A stretch of DNA of 63,066 bases, filler included, from Octopus bimaculoides (GCF_001194135.2; 4 parts of 4 records of this genome joined end to end with filler, not necessarily neighbours in it), one strand, 5' to 3'. Shown: positions 25,991 through 39,759, counted from the whole stretch's first letter. A program made the numbers and translations. The notes: generated by a model not told the origin, from the sequence alone.

Positions 25991-27776
25991 AAAAATGCAC
26001 ATCTCCCAAAATCCTGTAATGTCCATTAAGAAGGAATACGATGTATCGTATCGCTCTCACCAGAGAGATATGGTAATTTTCACAATTCTGATTGCCGACA
26101 ACCCGGATATACCTCTTCAGTATTTTTTTTTCCTTTTTTTCTTCTCTCTTTTTTCTCTTACTTGTTTCACCCCTCACTACCCTTGTTTCATCTCTTACTA
26201 CCTAATCTACCTTCCTCTAAATTGAAATAGCTGCTATCTTACCCCTCCTTCTAGAAAGAAGAACAAATAGAATATATAAAAATTAAATTCCTGTTTTGTT
26301 CACTAGACTGTTGATTAATAGCCCAGTCAAGATGGCATTTCTTCATCTCCTACTCTTGTATATGCACACTTTCCAAAATGACTTTCTGAAATGAATTTCC
26401 ATTATGCAGCTCAGGCGTACGTTTTCATTGCACATCTTATGTGGTGTTCTCACTACATAAATAAATGAAGTTTGTACGAAAAGTACGTACTGCTATAACC
26501 TAATGCATTTTTGTTGCTTTTCCTCAAATATATATATATNNNNNNNNNNNNNNNNNNNNNNNNNNNNNNNNNNNNNNNNNNNNNNNNNNNNNNNNNNNNN
26601 NNNNNNNNNNNNNNNNNNNNNNNNNNNNNNNNNNNNNNNNNNNNNNNNNNNNNNNNNNNNNNNNNNNNNNNNNNNNNNNNNNNNNNNNNNNNNNNNNNNN
26701 NNNNNNNNNNNNNNNNNNNNNNNNNNNNNNNNNNNNNNNNNNNNNNNNNNNNNNNNNNNNNNNNNNNNNNNNNNNNNNNNNNNNNNNNNNNNNTATATAT
26801 ATATAATGAAGTTTTCAGAGATCTGGATGTTTGCACATATACAAATATCTATTAACATGTCACATGTTTTTACAAATCACATTTACGCGCTTTCATCTAC
26901 TCTAACAGATTCTTCAGATTTAAATTTTGTGAAGGAATTTGTCTCTTTTTGTAGTATTAGTGAATGGGTTGGGGTGGAGAGAGTGAGGGGGAAGGATTAA
27001 TATGGGGTGTATAGGTAGGGAAAGAGGGAGAGGAATGAGAAGATAGTGGAGGGAGAAAATGAGAGTGTGTGTGTTTGTGTGTGTGTATGCGTGCGTGTGT
27101 ATGTGTGTGTGCCTGTGTATCTTAAAGGAAGCGTTTTGAGCAAGAGACAAACAGATGCTTACTTTGGTTCAGCAAGCCCACCAGAGAGTCTGAAAGAAAA
27201 ACGTTTTCAAAGTGAAAAAATGTGTATTTTTTTCTTAATGTTAATGGAAAATGGAAGGAAAGAAAAGAAGGAAGAAAGGAAAATGTGTTTATATCTATAC
27301 AGTTGGTCAGTTCTTTCAATAGAACTTAACAAGTTGATTCTTGGTCTGTAAAAATGGCAAGACTAGGTGGTTATTCTAAGGGAGGTCTGTTTTGATGAGG
27401 AATAATGGAAGTTATTTTTCAAAAAATTGTCTGGACTTATTATCATCCTCATCATTGTCCAATACTTGATTCCCATGCCGGTATCAGTTGGAAAATCTGG
27501 ATGCAAGAATGTTTTTATTTATGTATATACATACAGACACACATATGCATATATCTTAGGTTTCCAGATGGGTTTATAAGGACGTTGATGTGATTTTCAT
27601 ATTTGCAGCCATTCAGTTTGGGGGAGAATTTTGCTATGACATGTTATTCCATATTTTTTCTGAAGAAGGTGCCATTCCTTGAGCATTTATAGAAGGAAAA
27701 CATCTTGAATCTTTCTTCTCCACATGATTCTAAGCGTTTACTAAGGGGAATTTTTTGTAGCTCTCCCTGTCGTATA

Positions 27777-28226
27777 TGTTGTCGGTGAATTCTGGTTTGT
27801 TGTTAATAAATATTGTTAATAAATGTTGTTTATTCAGATCTCTGAATACCTTATTCCTTCTAATAGGAGGAATTTCAACCATGTTTCGTGGTCTGCTACC
27901 ACAACAGCTCCTTTATAGGATCCAGTTAGCTGAAGACATCATCAGGAGGAACCACGTCCGGTTTCGGCCCCTACTCCTCTACCGTTTTGACGTGGCGGGG
28001 CCCCTCCTTTCGGAGGTGTCTTCAGCTCTGGTGTTGGGTGCATGTCTTCTTTCTTCTATTCCCTGGCCTCTTCGATGCAGCATCAACGAGTATCAGCGTC
28101 CGACTGATCGTCGTGTCAAGTTCCCCTTTTTATATCTGCTGCTAGGCTCCAGCAGGCAGCCCCAGCTAGTTCTCACGTGACACTGTCTAAATTTCCCGCT
28201 GCTAGGGTCCAGTAGGCAGTACCAGC
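27777..28226 (-). mobile_element. GC-rich LTR-like fragment truncated by assembly linker
   Basis: Minus strand has TATAAAAAGGGG, a downstream AATAAA, terminal CAACA and an internal imperfect direct repeat (GCTGG..CTGCCT.CTGG..CCTAGCAGC). Confidence 0.35.
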
Positions 28227-28326
28227 NNNNNNNNNNNNNNNNNNNNNNNNNNNNNNNNNNNNNNNNNNNNTTAATTAATTAANNNNNNNNNNNNNNNNNN
28301 NNNNNNNNNNNNNNNNNNNNNNNNNN
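28227..28326. other. Artificial scaffold linker
   Basis: TTAATTAATTAA at 28271-28282 inside an N run. Confidence 0.9.
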
Positions 28327-28499
28327 TATTTCATAGTAAAGTCTATTTGCCATCGTAAGGTAACATCAGGAAAACAACTTTTCCAACTGGTTGTGGACAC
28401 ACAATTTGTGTCTGAAATACGATGTGATATAACCAGCTGGAAAAGCTGTTTTCCTAGGGTAAAAAGGTTGTAACATGATCTTACGCGGGACTGTTATGT

Positions 28500-28540
28500 C
28501 AGTCTTTGCCTCCCCGTCGTATATATGTATGCATATATAC

Positions 28541-28595
<55 letters not shown>

Positions 28596-28740
28596 CGACG
28601 AACTTCTTTTAGTTTCCGTCTACCAAATCAAACCGAGGCTATAGTTGAAATCACATGCCCAGGATGCCATGCAATGGGACTGAACCTGGAACTATGTAAC
28701 TGGGAAGCAAGGTACTTACCACACAGCCATACCTGCGCCT
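28500..28740 (-). mobile_element. SINE family A
   Basis: 5' end CACACAGCCATACCTGCGCC at ~28720-28740. Confidence 0.75.
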
Positions 28741-28742
28741 AT

Positions 28743-28803
<61 letters not shown>

Positions 28804-28819
28804 CAGATAGATACGCGCG

Positions 28820-28877
<58 letters not shown>

Positions 28878-29070
28878 CACACAGATGTCTAAAAAGTAAA
28901 TCGACATCCTCATAATACTGTTCTGGCTGTCTAGTCTCTATCTGACGCTTCAAACACGTTAATATATTATTATTTTTCATCTCAGATTACAGTATATTAC
29001 TTGTTTATAACAACCAGCCATGCTGCAAGCACCACTAACAGGAGATTCTTTCTGGTTTTTATTTTATTTT

Positions 29071-29220
29071 GAGAGGGCGTATTAGTGATCAATCAGAAGG
29101 TGGAATGAACCAGCGTAAGACTGCACAAACCTTTGGAGTTCCTTTGGCCACAGTCAATAGATTGATTATACAAGTCACCAGCAATGGAAAGGAATCAACG
29201 GCATCTGTCTTTGGTCGATA
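29071..29220 (+). mobile_element. Tc1-like transposase N-terminal HTH fragment
   Basis: Translation [32 protein letters not shown] resembles the paired-like HTH of Tc1 transposases. Short and isolated. Confidence 0.45.
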
Positions 29221-30373
29221 AGGTTGGTGAGTCGTCAGGTTGGTGACTTCGGGCTGTCTAGTGTCATGTTGAAAATAGTCCCCGCAGTTACACAGTCGGA
29301 GTAATTCTGTGAGACACCTCCATCAACTTGGCTACTATAACTGAACAGCTAGAAAGAAACTTCTTCTTCGACCAGTAAATATCCAAAGAAATGGCAAAAT
29401 AAATATTTAAAAATGATGGCTTCTATTTACCTGTGAGATGTCTGTGTATATACAAACGTATATACATACATCCGCATACTCTCACGACGGAATGCAACTA
29501 ATGCACACTTGCCAACGCGGTCGCACTAGCACACACGCACACACTCACATAGACACCTGTACACATGCTAACGTATAAGTAGACATATATACCCCTTGCA
29601 TTCGCTCTCCGGTCTTTGAACATTCTATCGAGCCAACCATTCGATTTCCGGTTAGTCCACCAGGTTAATATGTAAACCAGTTTAGCGTGGACATTTTAGC
29701 CTGGATTATTCCTTTTATTCGCCTTTTCTTTTTCCCTTGCTTTCGTATTTTCATTCGAGTCTACATCCTATCCTGCAGAAATCCATTGTTAAAAAGGCCA
29801 TAGCATTAATCTTTCCATTTCACTGAGCGTCAAAAATAATTGAATAGTTTTCGTTGTCAACTTATCCGATCGTNNNNNNNNNNNNNNNNNNNNNNNNNNN
29901 NNNNNNNNNNNNNNNNNNNNNNNNNNNNNNNNNNNNNNNNNNNNNNNNNNNNNNNNNNNNNNNNNNNNNNNNNNNNNNNNNNNNNNNNNNNNNNNNNNNN
30001 NNNNNNNNNNNNNNNNNNNNNNNNNNNNNNNNNNNNNNNNNNNNNNNNNNNNNNNNNNNNNNNNNNNNNNNNNNNNNNNNNNNNNNNNNNNNNNNNNNNN
30101 NNNNNNNNNNNNNNNNNNNNNNNNNNNNNNNNNNNNNNNNNNNNNNNNNNNNNNNNNNNNNNNNNNNNNNNNNNNNNNNNNNNNNNNNNNNNNNNNNNNN
30201 NNNNNNNNNNNNNNNNNNNNNNNNNNNNNNNNNNNNNNNNNNNNNNNNNNNNNNNNNNNNNNNNNNNNNNNNNNNNNNNNNNNNNNNNNNNNNNNNNNNN
30301 NNNNNNNNNNNNNNNNNNNNNNNNNNNNNNNNNNNNNNNNNNNNNNNNNNNNNNNNNNNNNNNNNNNNNNNNN

Positions 30374-30665
<292 letters not shown>

Positions 30666-30957
30666 TGCTTGTATTACACTTTAAAACTTGCGACACCCTA
30701 TCAAAAAGTCTGGACATGGCAAAGTTTCACACTCAACGTGATTTGATAACTCTCATAATTCTAGGTAATATGGTGTGAGGAATTCATATAGAAAGTGGTA
30801 TACAGAAAACGTAACAGATATTCTATGCGTTTCCTGAAGCCGGCCACTGTTAATACGTAAACCGCTAAGCCTTATTATGGAACACGACGCAATCGATTCA
30901 TTTCGTCAGCATATAAGCATAAATCCAACACAAAGAAAAATTGTAGGACCTTATATA

Positions 30958-31122
30958 GGCGCAGGAGTGGTTGTGTGGTAAGTAGCTTGCTTACCAACCA
31001 CATGGTTCCGGGTTCATTCCCACTGCGTGGCACCTTGGGCGAGTGTCTTCTACTATAGCCTAAGGCCGACGAAAGTCTTGTGAGTGGATTTGGAAGACGG
31101 AAACTGAAAGACGTCCGTCGTA

Positions 31123-31165
<43 letters not shown>

Positions 31166-31397
31166 GTGTGTGTATATGTTTGTGTGTCTGTGTTTGTCAC
31201 ACCAACATCGCTTGACAACCGGTGGTGGTGTGTTTACGTCCGCGTAACCTAGCGGTTCGGCAAGAGAGACTGATAGAATAAGTACTAGGCATCCAAAGAA
31301 TAAGTCCTGGGGTCGATTTTCTCGACTAAAGGTGGTGCTCTAGCATGGCCGCAGTCAAATGACTGAAACAAGTAAAAGAGTAAAAAGAGTAAAAGAG
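30958..31397 (+). mobile_element. SINE family A, full length
   Basis: GGCGCAGGAGTGG.TGTGTGGTAAG head, B-box GGTTCA.TCCC, CORE-like segment, internal (TA)n, 3' GAGTAAAA repeats. Confidence 0.9.
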
Positions 31398-31763
31398 ATT
31401 CCAGAATGATAGCCATTGGGTATATTACAGTAGAATAGAACATGAAAGAAGTTAGAATGTTAAAATTCATGAGAGATGAAGAGAGCAGAGAAAGAAAAGG
31501 TATCAAAGCCATTCCTACCGCTGTACATTTGGGTGAACCAACATGCACTCGAACACATTCGCGAGCACTGACATACGCACATATCGGTTTCAAAGTTTGG
31601 CACAAGGCTAGCAATTTTGAGGGAAGGATTAAGTCAATTACAGTGTAAATGTATATATATATAGAGAGAGAGATAGATGCATATATATATATATACATAC
31701 ATACATGCATATATATATACATATATATATATGTATATATATACATATATATATATATATACA

Positions 31764-31819
<56 letters not shown>

Positions 31820-32498
31820 NNNNNNNNNNNNNNNNNNNNNNNNNNNNNNNNNNNNNNNNNNNNNNNNNNNNNNNNNNNNNNNNNNNNNNNNNNNNNNNNN
31901 NNNNNNNNNNNTATATGCAGAATTTCGCGGTTAGTTGAAATATGTTTGTCACATATTTCAACTGCTAAAGGCAAATACATTGCAGTTACCGTGGAAATAA
32001 ATCTCTCTTATGATAAAAAGGTGTAAAAAAAACCAGTTCGTTCAGTGTCACCATCTCTCAGGAATCTCAGACATCGATGTTTCGAGTGTTTTTTTACTCT
32101 TGTCAATGAGGTGTACCTAAGAGATGCTAACTCTGAACGAACTTAATAAAGATATAGCATTATATATAACACATTGACTGATTTGCGCAGAATTAGGGCT
32201 GAAGCAGACAAAACAATACAGGATGGACGTACGAAAGTAATCAAATGGAATCTGAAACGATAGACAAAGACAATAAATAATGCCTTATGGCCAAACAAGA
32301 GGATTATGGATTAACGCCTGAAAAAATATATATATATATATATATATCAGTTGAATAATGTTACAATATGCTCTGGTTTTCATGTTTTTTATCATTGTAT
32401 TAAAAAAAATGGAGGAGACATTTTCTTTATTCAAATATATGGGATAAGTTAGCAGGAATGGTCAAGTGTTATCGGTGGTTATAATTTGTATATGACAG

Positions 32499-32537
<39 letters not shown>

Positions 32538-33344
32538 NNNNNNNNNNNNNNNNNNNNNNNNNNNNNNNNNNNNNNNNNNNNNNNNNNNNNNNNNNNNNNN
32601 NNNNNNNNNNNNNNNNNNNNNNNNNNNNNNNNNNNNNNNNNNNNNNNNNNNNNNNNNNNNNNNNNNNNNNNNNNNNNNNNNNNNNNNNNNNNNNNNNNNN
32701 NNNNNNNNNNNNNNNNNNNNNNNNNNNNNNNNNNNNNNNNNNNNNNNNNNNNNNNNNNNNNNNNNNNNNNNNNNNNNNNNNNNNNNNNNNNNNNNNNNNN
32801 NNNNNNNNNNNNNNNNNNNNNNNNNNNNNNNNNNNNNNNNNNNNNNNNNNNNNNNNNNNNNNNNNNNNNNNNNNNNNNNNNNNNNNNNNNNNNNNNNNNN
32901 NNNNNNNNNNNNNNNNNNNNNNNNNNNNNNNNNNNNNNNNNNNNNNNNNNNNNNNNNNNNNNNNNNNNNNNNNNNNNNNNNNNNNNNNNNNNNNNNNNNN
33001 NNNNNNNNNNNNNNNNNNNNNNNNNNNNNNNNNNNNNNNNNNNNNNNNNNNNNNNNNNNNNNNNNNNNNNNNNNNNNNNNNNNNNNNNNNNNNNNNNNNN
33101 NNNNNNNNNNNNNNNNNNNNNNNNNNNNNNNNNNNNNNNNNNNNNNNNNNNNNNNNNNNNNNNNNNNNNNNNNNNNNNNNNNNNNNNNNNNNNNNNNNNN
33201 NNNNNNNNNNNNNNNNNNNNNNNNNNNNNNNNNNNNNNNNNNNNNNNNNNNNNNNNNNNNNNNNNNNNNNNNNNNNNNNNNNNNNNNNNNNNNNNNNNNN
33301 NNNNNNNNNNNNNNNNNNNNNNNNACTGTGACAAGGCTGACCCT

Positions 33345-33575
33345 TTGAATTACAGGCACAACAGAAACAGGAAGTAAGAGTGAGAGAAAGTTGTGGTGAA
33401 AAAGTACAGCAGGGTTCGCCACCATCCCCTGTCGGAGCCTCGTGGAGCTTTAGGTGTTTTCGCTCAACAAACACTCACAACGCCCGGTCAGGGAATCGAA
33501 ACCGCGATCCTATGACCGCGAGTCCTATTGACCGCGAGTCCGCTGCCCTAACCACTGGGCCATTGCGCCTCCACT
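33345..33575 (-). mobile_element. SINE family C, near full length
   Basis: Reverse complement of the 9406 head; internal duplication of GACCGCGAGTCC. Confidence 0.85.
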
Positions 33576-33865
33576 TATTAGAAGTATTGATATATGAAAC
33601 AAAATTATATGTGTTTTGTCCCTTTAATCATTATTTCCACCTTATTTAATCGTTCCCTTTTGTATCCATCATCGACATTAACAGTCTATATTACAATCAT
33701 GCAATTCCCGAGCATACTTGCCATTAATCTATCTACTTGTCTGTCTGTCCGTCTGTCTGTCTATCTCTCTACATACATAGTTACATACATACAGATAGAC
33801 AGACAGACTTATACATGTACATATATTTGTAAGTACACACTTGTATATAGGTATGTATATATATG

Positions 33866-33975
33866 AAAGGCAAAGTAAACCTCGGCGGAATATGAACTCA
33901 GAACGTAAAGACAGACGAGAAACCGGTAAGCATTTTACCCGGCGTGTTAACGATTCTGCCAGCTCACCGCCTTAC
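33866..33975 (-). mobile_element. SINE family B, 5' half
   Basis: GAACTCAGAACGTAAAG...ACGATTCTGCCAGCTCACCGCC. Confidence 0.75.
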
Positions 33976-35004
33976 ACATATATGTTTATACCGAATGAAA
34001 GAAATAGGAGAGCTGAAATAACGGATTCCAGATAATGTAGTATTAATTTTTAGAAGAATAGTAAATGTTATAGGCGCAGAAGTGGCTGTGTGGTATATAT
34101 ATATATATAAATATATATATANNNNNNNNNNNNNNNNNNNNNNNNNNNNNNNNNNNNNNNNNNNNNNNNNNNNNNNNNNNNNNNNNNNNNNNNNNNNNNN
34201 NNNNNNNNNNNNNNNNNNNNNNNNNNNNNNNNNNNNNNNNNNNNNNNNNNNNNNNNNNNNNNNNNNNNNNNNNNNNNNNNNNNNNNNNNNNNNNNNNNNN
34301 NNNNNNNNNNNNNNNNNNNNNNNNNNNGTATGTATGTATTTATGTATGTTGAAAAGTTGCCATTTCGAATCAGCATAAGAGTTAACCTTTGCTGAGAACT
34401 ACATTTAAATCTATGTATGTTCAACTTCCAGTCAGGTATTAAATATAATTTGTTTTCAGATTTTCGCTTGCTATTGTATCCATTTGAATCGATTGCAGAG
34501 TTTATACCCAAGAGCATTATAAAACTGGAGATTCGATTACATTTTTTTATTATAACATTATTTTACACGTGTTTCACTTGTATATACTAAGTATTCTATG
34601 AGGTAATTGCTATACAGATGGTTGCATAATCACCTCATAACAACAGATCACCAGAAGTAAGCAAGTAATTTAATTAAATTTTGTTACCTACGTCAATTTG
34701 TAGGCAAATCCAAGCTGAGAATTGCGAGTAAATTCAGTAGATTCTTCTATATATAGCCGTGAAAGAAATGAATTTTACTACATTTATTTTATCGTTGAGA
34801 TAAAAAAAAACGTGGAGGTGATTGCTTATAAATGCACTCAGGATGTCTGGGTAATCGAATAAATTTGGATGTTAAATTGTTCATATCAATGACAGTGTGA
34901 AATTATGAAGGTAAAAATGGTCAACAAGTTCACGGCAGAAAATTGTCACAAATACATTCACGTTCAGACATACACACACAGACGTAGAGAGGTAGAGTAA
35001 TATT

Positions 35005-35400
35005 GGTTTCAAGTTTTGGCACAAGGCCAGCAATTTCGAGGCAGAGGGAAGTCAATTACATTGACCCAGTGTTCAATTGCTATTTATTTTATCGACCCTG
35101 AAAGGGTGAAAAGTAAAGTAGATCTCGGGGGAATTTGAACTCAGAACGTTAAGACGGACGAAATGCTTACCAGCATTTCGTCCGGCGTGTTGTCGATACT
35201 GCCAGCTCACCGCCTTCAGGTAGAGTAATATTCGTTTGTTATTTTAGCACAAGGTCAGCACTTCTGGGGAACGAATAAGTTAATTACATTGACCCCAGTG
35301 ATCAATTGCTTCTTATTTTATCGACCCTGAAAGAATGAAAAGCAAAGTACACCTCAGCGGAGTTTAATCTCAGAACATAAAGACAGAAGAAACGCCGTTA
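35005..35400 (-). mobile_element. Two adjacent SINE B copies; the first has a 14-bp flanking direct repeat
   Basis: GGTAGAGTAATATT at 34991-35004 and 35219-35232 brackets the first copy. Confidence 0.75.
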
Positions 35401-35445
35401 AACATTTATATGTGTTTGTGTGTATTATATATGTGTAAATTATAA

Positions 35446-35490
<45 letters not shown>

Positions 35491-35689
35491 NNNNNNNNNN
35501 NNNNNNNNNNNNNNNNNNNNNNNNNNNNNNNNNNNNNNNNNNNNNNNNNNNNNNNNNNNNNNNNNNNNNNNNNNNNNNNNNNNNNNNNNNNNNNNNNNNN
35601 NNNNNNNNNNNNNNNNNNNNNNNNNNNNNNNNNNNNNNNNNNNNNNNNNNNNNNNNNNNNNNTAGCCCCTTGTGGGCAATTATGAAATA

Positions 35690-35880
35690 AGAAACGTTAG
35701 CACGGGCGAAATGCTTAGCGGTATTTCGTCTGCAGTTACTTTCTGAGTTCAAATTCTGCCGATGTCGACTTTGCCCTTCATCCTTTCGGGGTCGATAAAT
35801 TGAGTATTGGGTTCGATCTTATGGACTGGTCCCCTTCCCCAAACTTCCGGACCTTGTGCCTAGAGAAGAAACGAATATAT
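35690..35880 (+). mobile_element. SINE family B
   Basis: GGGCGAAATGCTTAGCGGTATTTCG..GAGTTCAAATTC. Confidence 0.8.
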
Positions 35881-35901
35881 GATTACGTACATATAAATAT
35901 C

Positions 35902-35937
<36 letters not shown>

Positions 35938-36467
35938 ATATGTTAGAAAAATATAAAGAACGCATGCTTTCATATGTAAAGGAAAAATCAGTTTATTTTG
36001 TGAGAATTTTTTCGTTTATTTAGTTTAAATTTTCTTTTTCATATCCCTCCCTCCCCTGAAAGAATCGCTGCCAATTTACATTGTTAAGTGTTCCCGTTAC
36101 TTTGTTTCACAAATTAAAGGCTGGTTTCTGGCTGTAATCCAAACAAGCTTCTTCCTTAACGAGGTGGTCGAATTGGTGTAGAGACAAAGAGTCGATGAAA
36201 AGAGGTAAGAAGCTGTATGGGTTTTGTGAGGATGGTAGGTACTGAAAAATGGCCTCTGATTCAAAGGGAAATTTTTGCAATTTCTATCATTTTCTTTTTC
36301 AGTCTTTTATTTATTTATTTATTTATTTATTTTTGGCTCGTGACTGATGCTCAGCCTTTTTCCTATGAAAAGACGCTTAGTCGTTTTATTAAACGTATTG
36401 CATATTTCGTAGACAACATCGTGGGATGCATGGAAAAATATCGTGATAAAATTTATCCTGCACCTAT

Positions 36468-36740
36468 TTATGATGATGACAATGACGATAATGATGATAG
36501 GGGGGAGGAGGAGGAGGACGACGACGACGACGATGACACCGAGGACGACGATGACACCGAGGACGACGATGACGATGACGACGACGATGATGATGATGGG
36601 GATGACGATGGTGGTTATGATGGTGATCATGATGCTGGTGATAATGATGAAGATGATGATGAGAATGATGGGGATGGTGATGAGAATGATATTAATAATG
36701 ATGATAATGGTAATGGTGGTGGCGGTGACGATGATGATTT
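36468..36740 (+). repeat. (GAT/GAC)n degenerate trinucleotide tract
   Basis: Read directly; source of the Asp-rich pseudo-ORF. Confidence 0.95.
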
Positions 36741-37329
36741 TTGTTTCTTTTTTTTTTAATATTGATCACTGCCACAGATTTATAGAGCATGAGAATATGG
36801 TCCATTAAACTAGTTAATGTACCGAGCCCAGAATTATGAGGGAAGATAAAATTTACGCCAACGGGATTCGAACTTAAGATATCAATGCAGGAGATTAAGT
36901 ATTGCAATATAATCACTATGCCATTCTATTAATGACTACCCATTTGACTGAAGAAACGATTTAAAATACCCTTGATCTTATATATATATATATAAATGAG
37001 TAACAGTAGAGGTACATGTGTCAATCCATTACGGCCGTTTCTAACGACTTCTTTAATTGATTAATGAAACCATTATATCATTGCAAAGAAACCGTTTCGT
37101 CAAATGAATTCATGAACTTCATAATAAAGGACATTCAGAATGATTTAACACAGTTTAAAATCCACGGAGGAAAATCATTTACTGTGATTCTGCTACTATT
37201 TCAGTTGACAGAATGGATTTACCAGAATAGTGTATATTTGGTCAGAACGGAGATATTTAGGGATCAGTAGAGATTTTAGGAGAGGGAAGGGATAATTCAC
37301 TCCAGTGACCCAATTATCTATACATCTAA

Positions 37330-37555
37330 CAAGAGAGGAGGGCGCGCCAATCCATCGCAGCTTTCCTCAAGAAACAAGAAGAAAGAGTGAGAGAAAGTTG
37401 GGGCGAAAGAGTACAACAGGGGTCTCCACCACCCCACTGCCGGAGCCTCGTGGAGATTTATGCGTTTTCGTTCAATAAACACACGCAACACCCGGTCTGG
37501 GAATCGAAACTGCGATCCTCCGACCGCGAGTCCGCTGCCCTAACCACTGGGCCTC
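37330..37555 (-). mobile_element. SINE family C, alternative 3' tail
   Basis: Same head and body as 33345; tail shared with 46640. Confidence 0.8.
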
Positions 37556-37654
37556 CGTTGTTATTATTACTAATCAAAATTAAAATATACTAAAAATTAA
37601 ACAAGTTTTTTGTGCGAAAAGTGCAAATTCACTAATAATCCTTACTATTATAGC

Positions 37655-37790
37655 ACAAGGCTTGAAATTTGGAGAAAGGAGATAATCAATTGCATCCACG
37701 CCAGTACTCAACTGGTACTTAATTTATCGATCCCGAAAGGATGAAAGTTAAAGTCGACCTCGGTGGAATTTGAACCCAGAACGTATATCT
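37655..37790 (-). mobile_element. SINE family B, 3' part
   Basis: CTGGTACTTAATTTATCGA..GTCGACCTCGGTGGAATTTGAAC. Confidence 0.75.
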
Positions 37791-38154
37791 TAAGTATATT
37801 TAATTATCCACCTATATTTAAGCTTTAATTTATCTTATTGCTATATTACAACTCTGTTAAATTGTACTAGTTCCTTTTATTCCCATACGATGATTCCGAC
37901 TCCTAGTTTAGGACTTTGCCCCATAACCCTTATTCCATTATCCTTCAAAGTCTTCCTCTATTAATACGGTAAGTAGTAACGTTTGGATCAGCTTCCTTTC
38001 TTTCTTCTTTCTTCTTATCCCTTCCTCGTCCATCACTCACTTCATTATTACTACCCTCTGCTTTGCCCATTTGTGGTGATAAAGCCTACGTATTGGTTCC
38101 ATCACACATGACCTTGATAATTTAGTAGGTTGACATGACATGTCATTTTCTTAC

Positions 38155-38543
38155 CACTGACCAGTAGGCATTAAACAACTCCTTAATAGATAAATCTAGA
38201 CTAGGGGAGCTGCGCCCTCCTCTCTTGTGCTCGATGCCTTTATTCCCTACAGGCTTAATAGCCGGTTCCACTCTCTTGTAAGAAGCGAGCCAAACTATAG
38301 TAAGGAAGTATGCCTTGAAAACTGGCAAGTTTTCGCAAATTTTATTTGGTACCTGTGTAGTCGATAGAAGATACAGACATTCTTTCAGCTCTTCCCGTTT
38401 TGACCCAACAGAACATCGGGAATATAGCAACAGAAAGTAAAGAAAGCTGCACCAGCGCTCGTCTGCCCAACTTATTTCCCTCTGTCTTGTCGTCCGTTGC
38501 CTCTTGTTGTTCGATGCAGTAGATAAAATCAACAACAGGTTGC
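38155..38543 (-). other. Candidate 389-nt exon with open frame, product unknown
   Basis: Acceptor TATTTTCTCAG, donor GTG|GTAAGA, one stop-free frame (NLLLILSTASNNKRQRTT...ELFNAYWSV). No recognised homology. Confidence 0.25.
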
Positions 38544-39180
38544 CTGAGAAAATACCATACGGCCGTTAACGTTTTTCTCTACGTTATGGCTTTAAATCTT
38601 GCGGAGGCTGATGTTTTCTTTTCACACTTCAGGGTCGATAAATTGAGTACTTGTTAAGTTCTTGGATCGATTTAAATCGACTGCTACTTTCTTCAAAATG
38701 TTTCACCAGCTGTTAATAGTTGTGAATGCGGAAAAACCCAGTTCGCGAACCGGTTTCCATTTTTCTTGGTTGTACCAATGCCAATTCATTCGAAGGAAAA
38801 GAATGAAAGTCACATATTATTTTCTCCCTTGCTTTCCTAAAATCAGCTGCCTCATTCTGTTCGTAAGATTGATGAGTGCCAATAATTGATCAGGAAATAC
38901 AGACATTTTAATATTTAGTTTATTTCGCTTATGTGCGAATCAAATAATTAACTAATCGAAGAAATTAGTAGGTACGACTACACGTTTTCGTATGGTATTT
39001 AAGGAGGGCACATTCCAACTAGAAGATAAATATACCTTCTATGAATAGATTTTGCCGGCTGAAATAATGATTTACAACTTACGTGTGTGTTGAAGACATT
39101 TTGAAATGATTTGTTACGTTAATAGATAGGGAGGAACTATGTAAATGTATTTGTGTATGATTGTGTGTGTGTTTGTATGT

Positions 39181-39283
<103 letters not shown>

Positions 39284-39550
39284 GGGTACATTTCTGTAAG
39301 TATTTTGACTGTTTGTGTGTATGTGGTGTATTTGTGCAGGTGTACATATCTGCATAAGCGATTAGTTGCTTTGTGTGTGGCTGAAGAAATCAATGTATAA
39401 TCTGTTAACCAATTTACTCTAACGGTGCGAGCTTTTAGTTAGTGTTCGAAGGAGTAAAATATGTTTCTTATGAATACGAAACCATAAGATTAACACATTT
39501 TAGATGACGCATATGTGTATGTTTGTATGAATGTATGCATGCATGTATGC

Positions 39551-39583
<33 letters not shown>

Positions 39584-39759
39584 TGTATGCATTATGTATG
39601 TGCGTAAGTATGTATGCATACATGCATGCAGAAATGTATGTATGTAGGTACGTATGTATGCATGTATGTCTCTTCTATTATTCATCATTTGAATTATTCC
39701 TACGAAGATGGAGCTGGTTTCTAGATAACAAAAGCAATGTCACATTTTAAACCTGAGAA

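Noticed and set aside
27935-27975. CTGATGA and GAAAC on the minus strand as a type II hammerhead
   Set aside because: Stem II cannot form and there is no valid NUH triplet.
30958-31030. SINE heads as genuine tRNA genes (all families)
   Set aside because: A/B boxes are present, but there is no complete cloverleaf and each continues into a repeated SINE body.
36217-36808. Asp/Glu-rich 180-aa ORF
   Set aside because: Made largely of a degenerate (GAT/GAC)n microsatellite; no splice or homology support.
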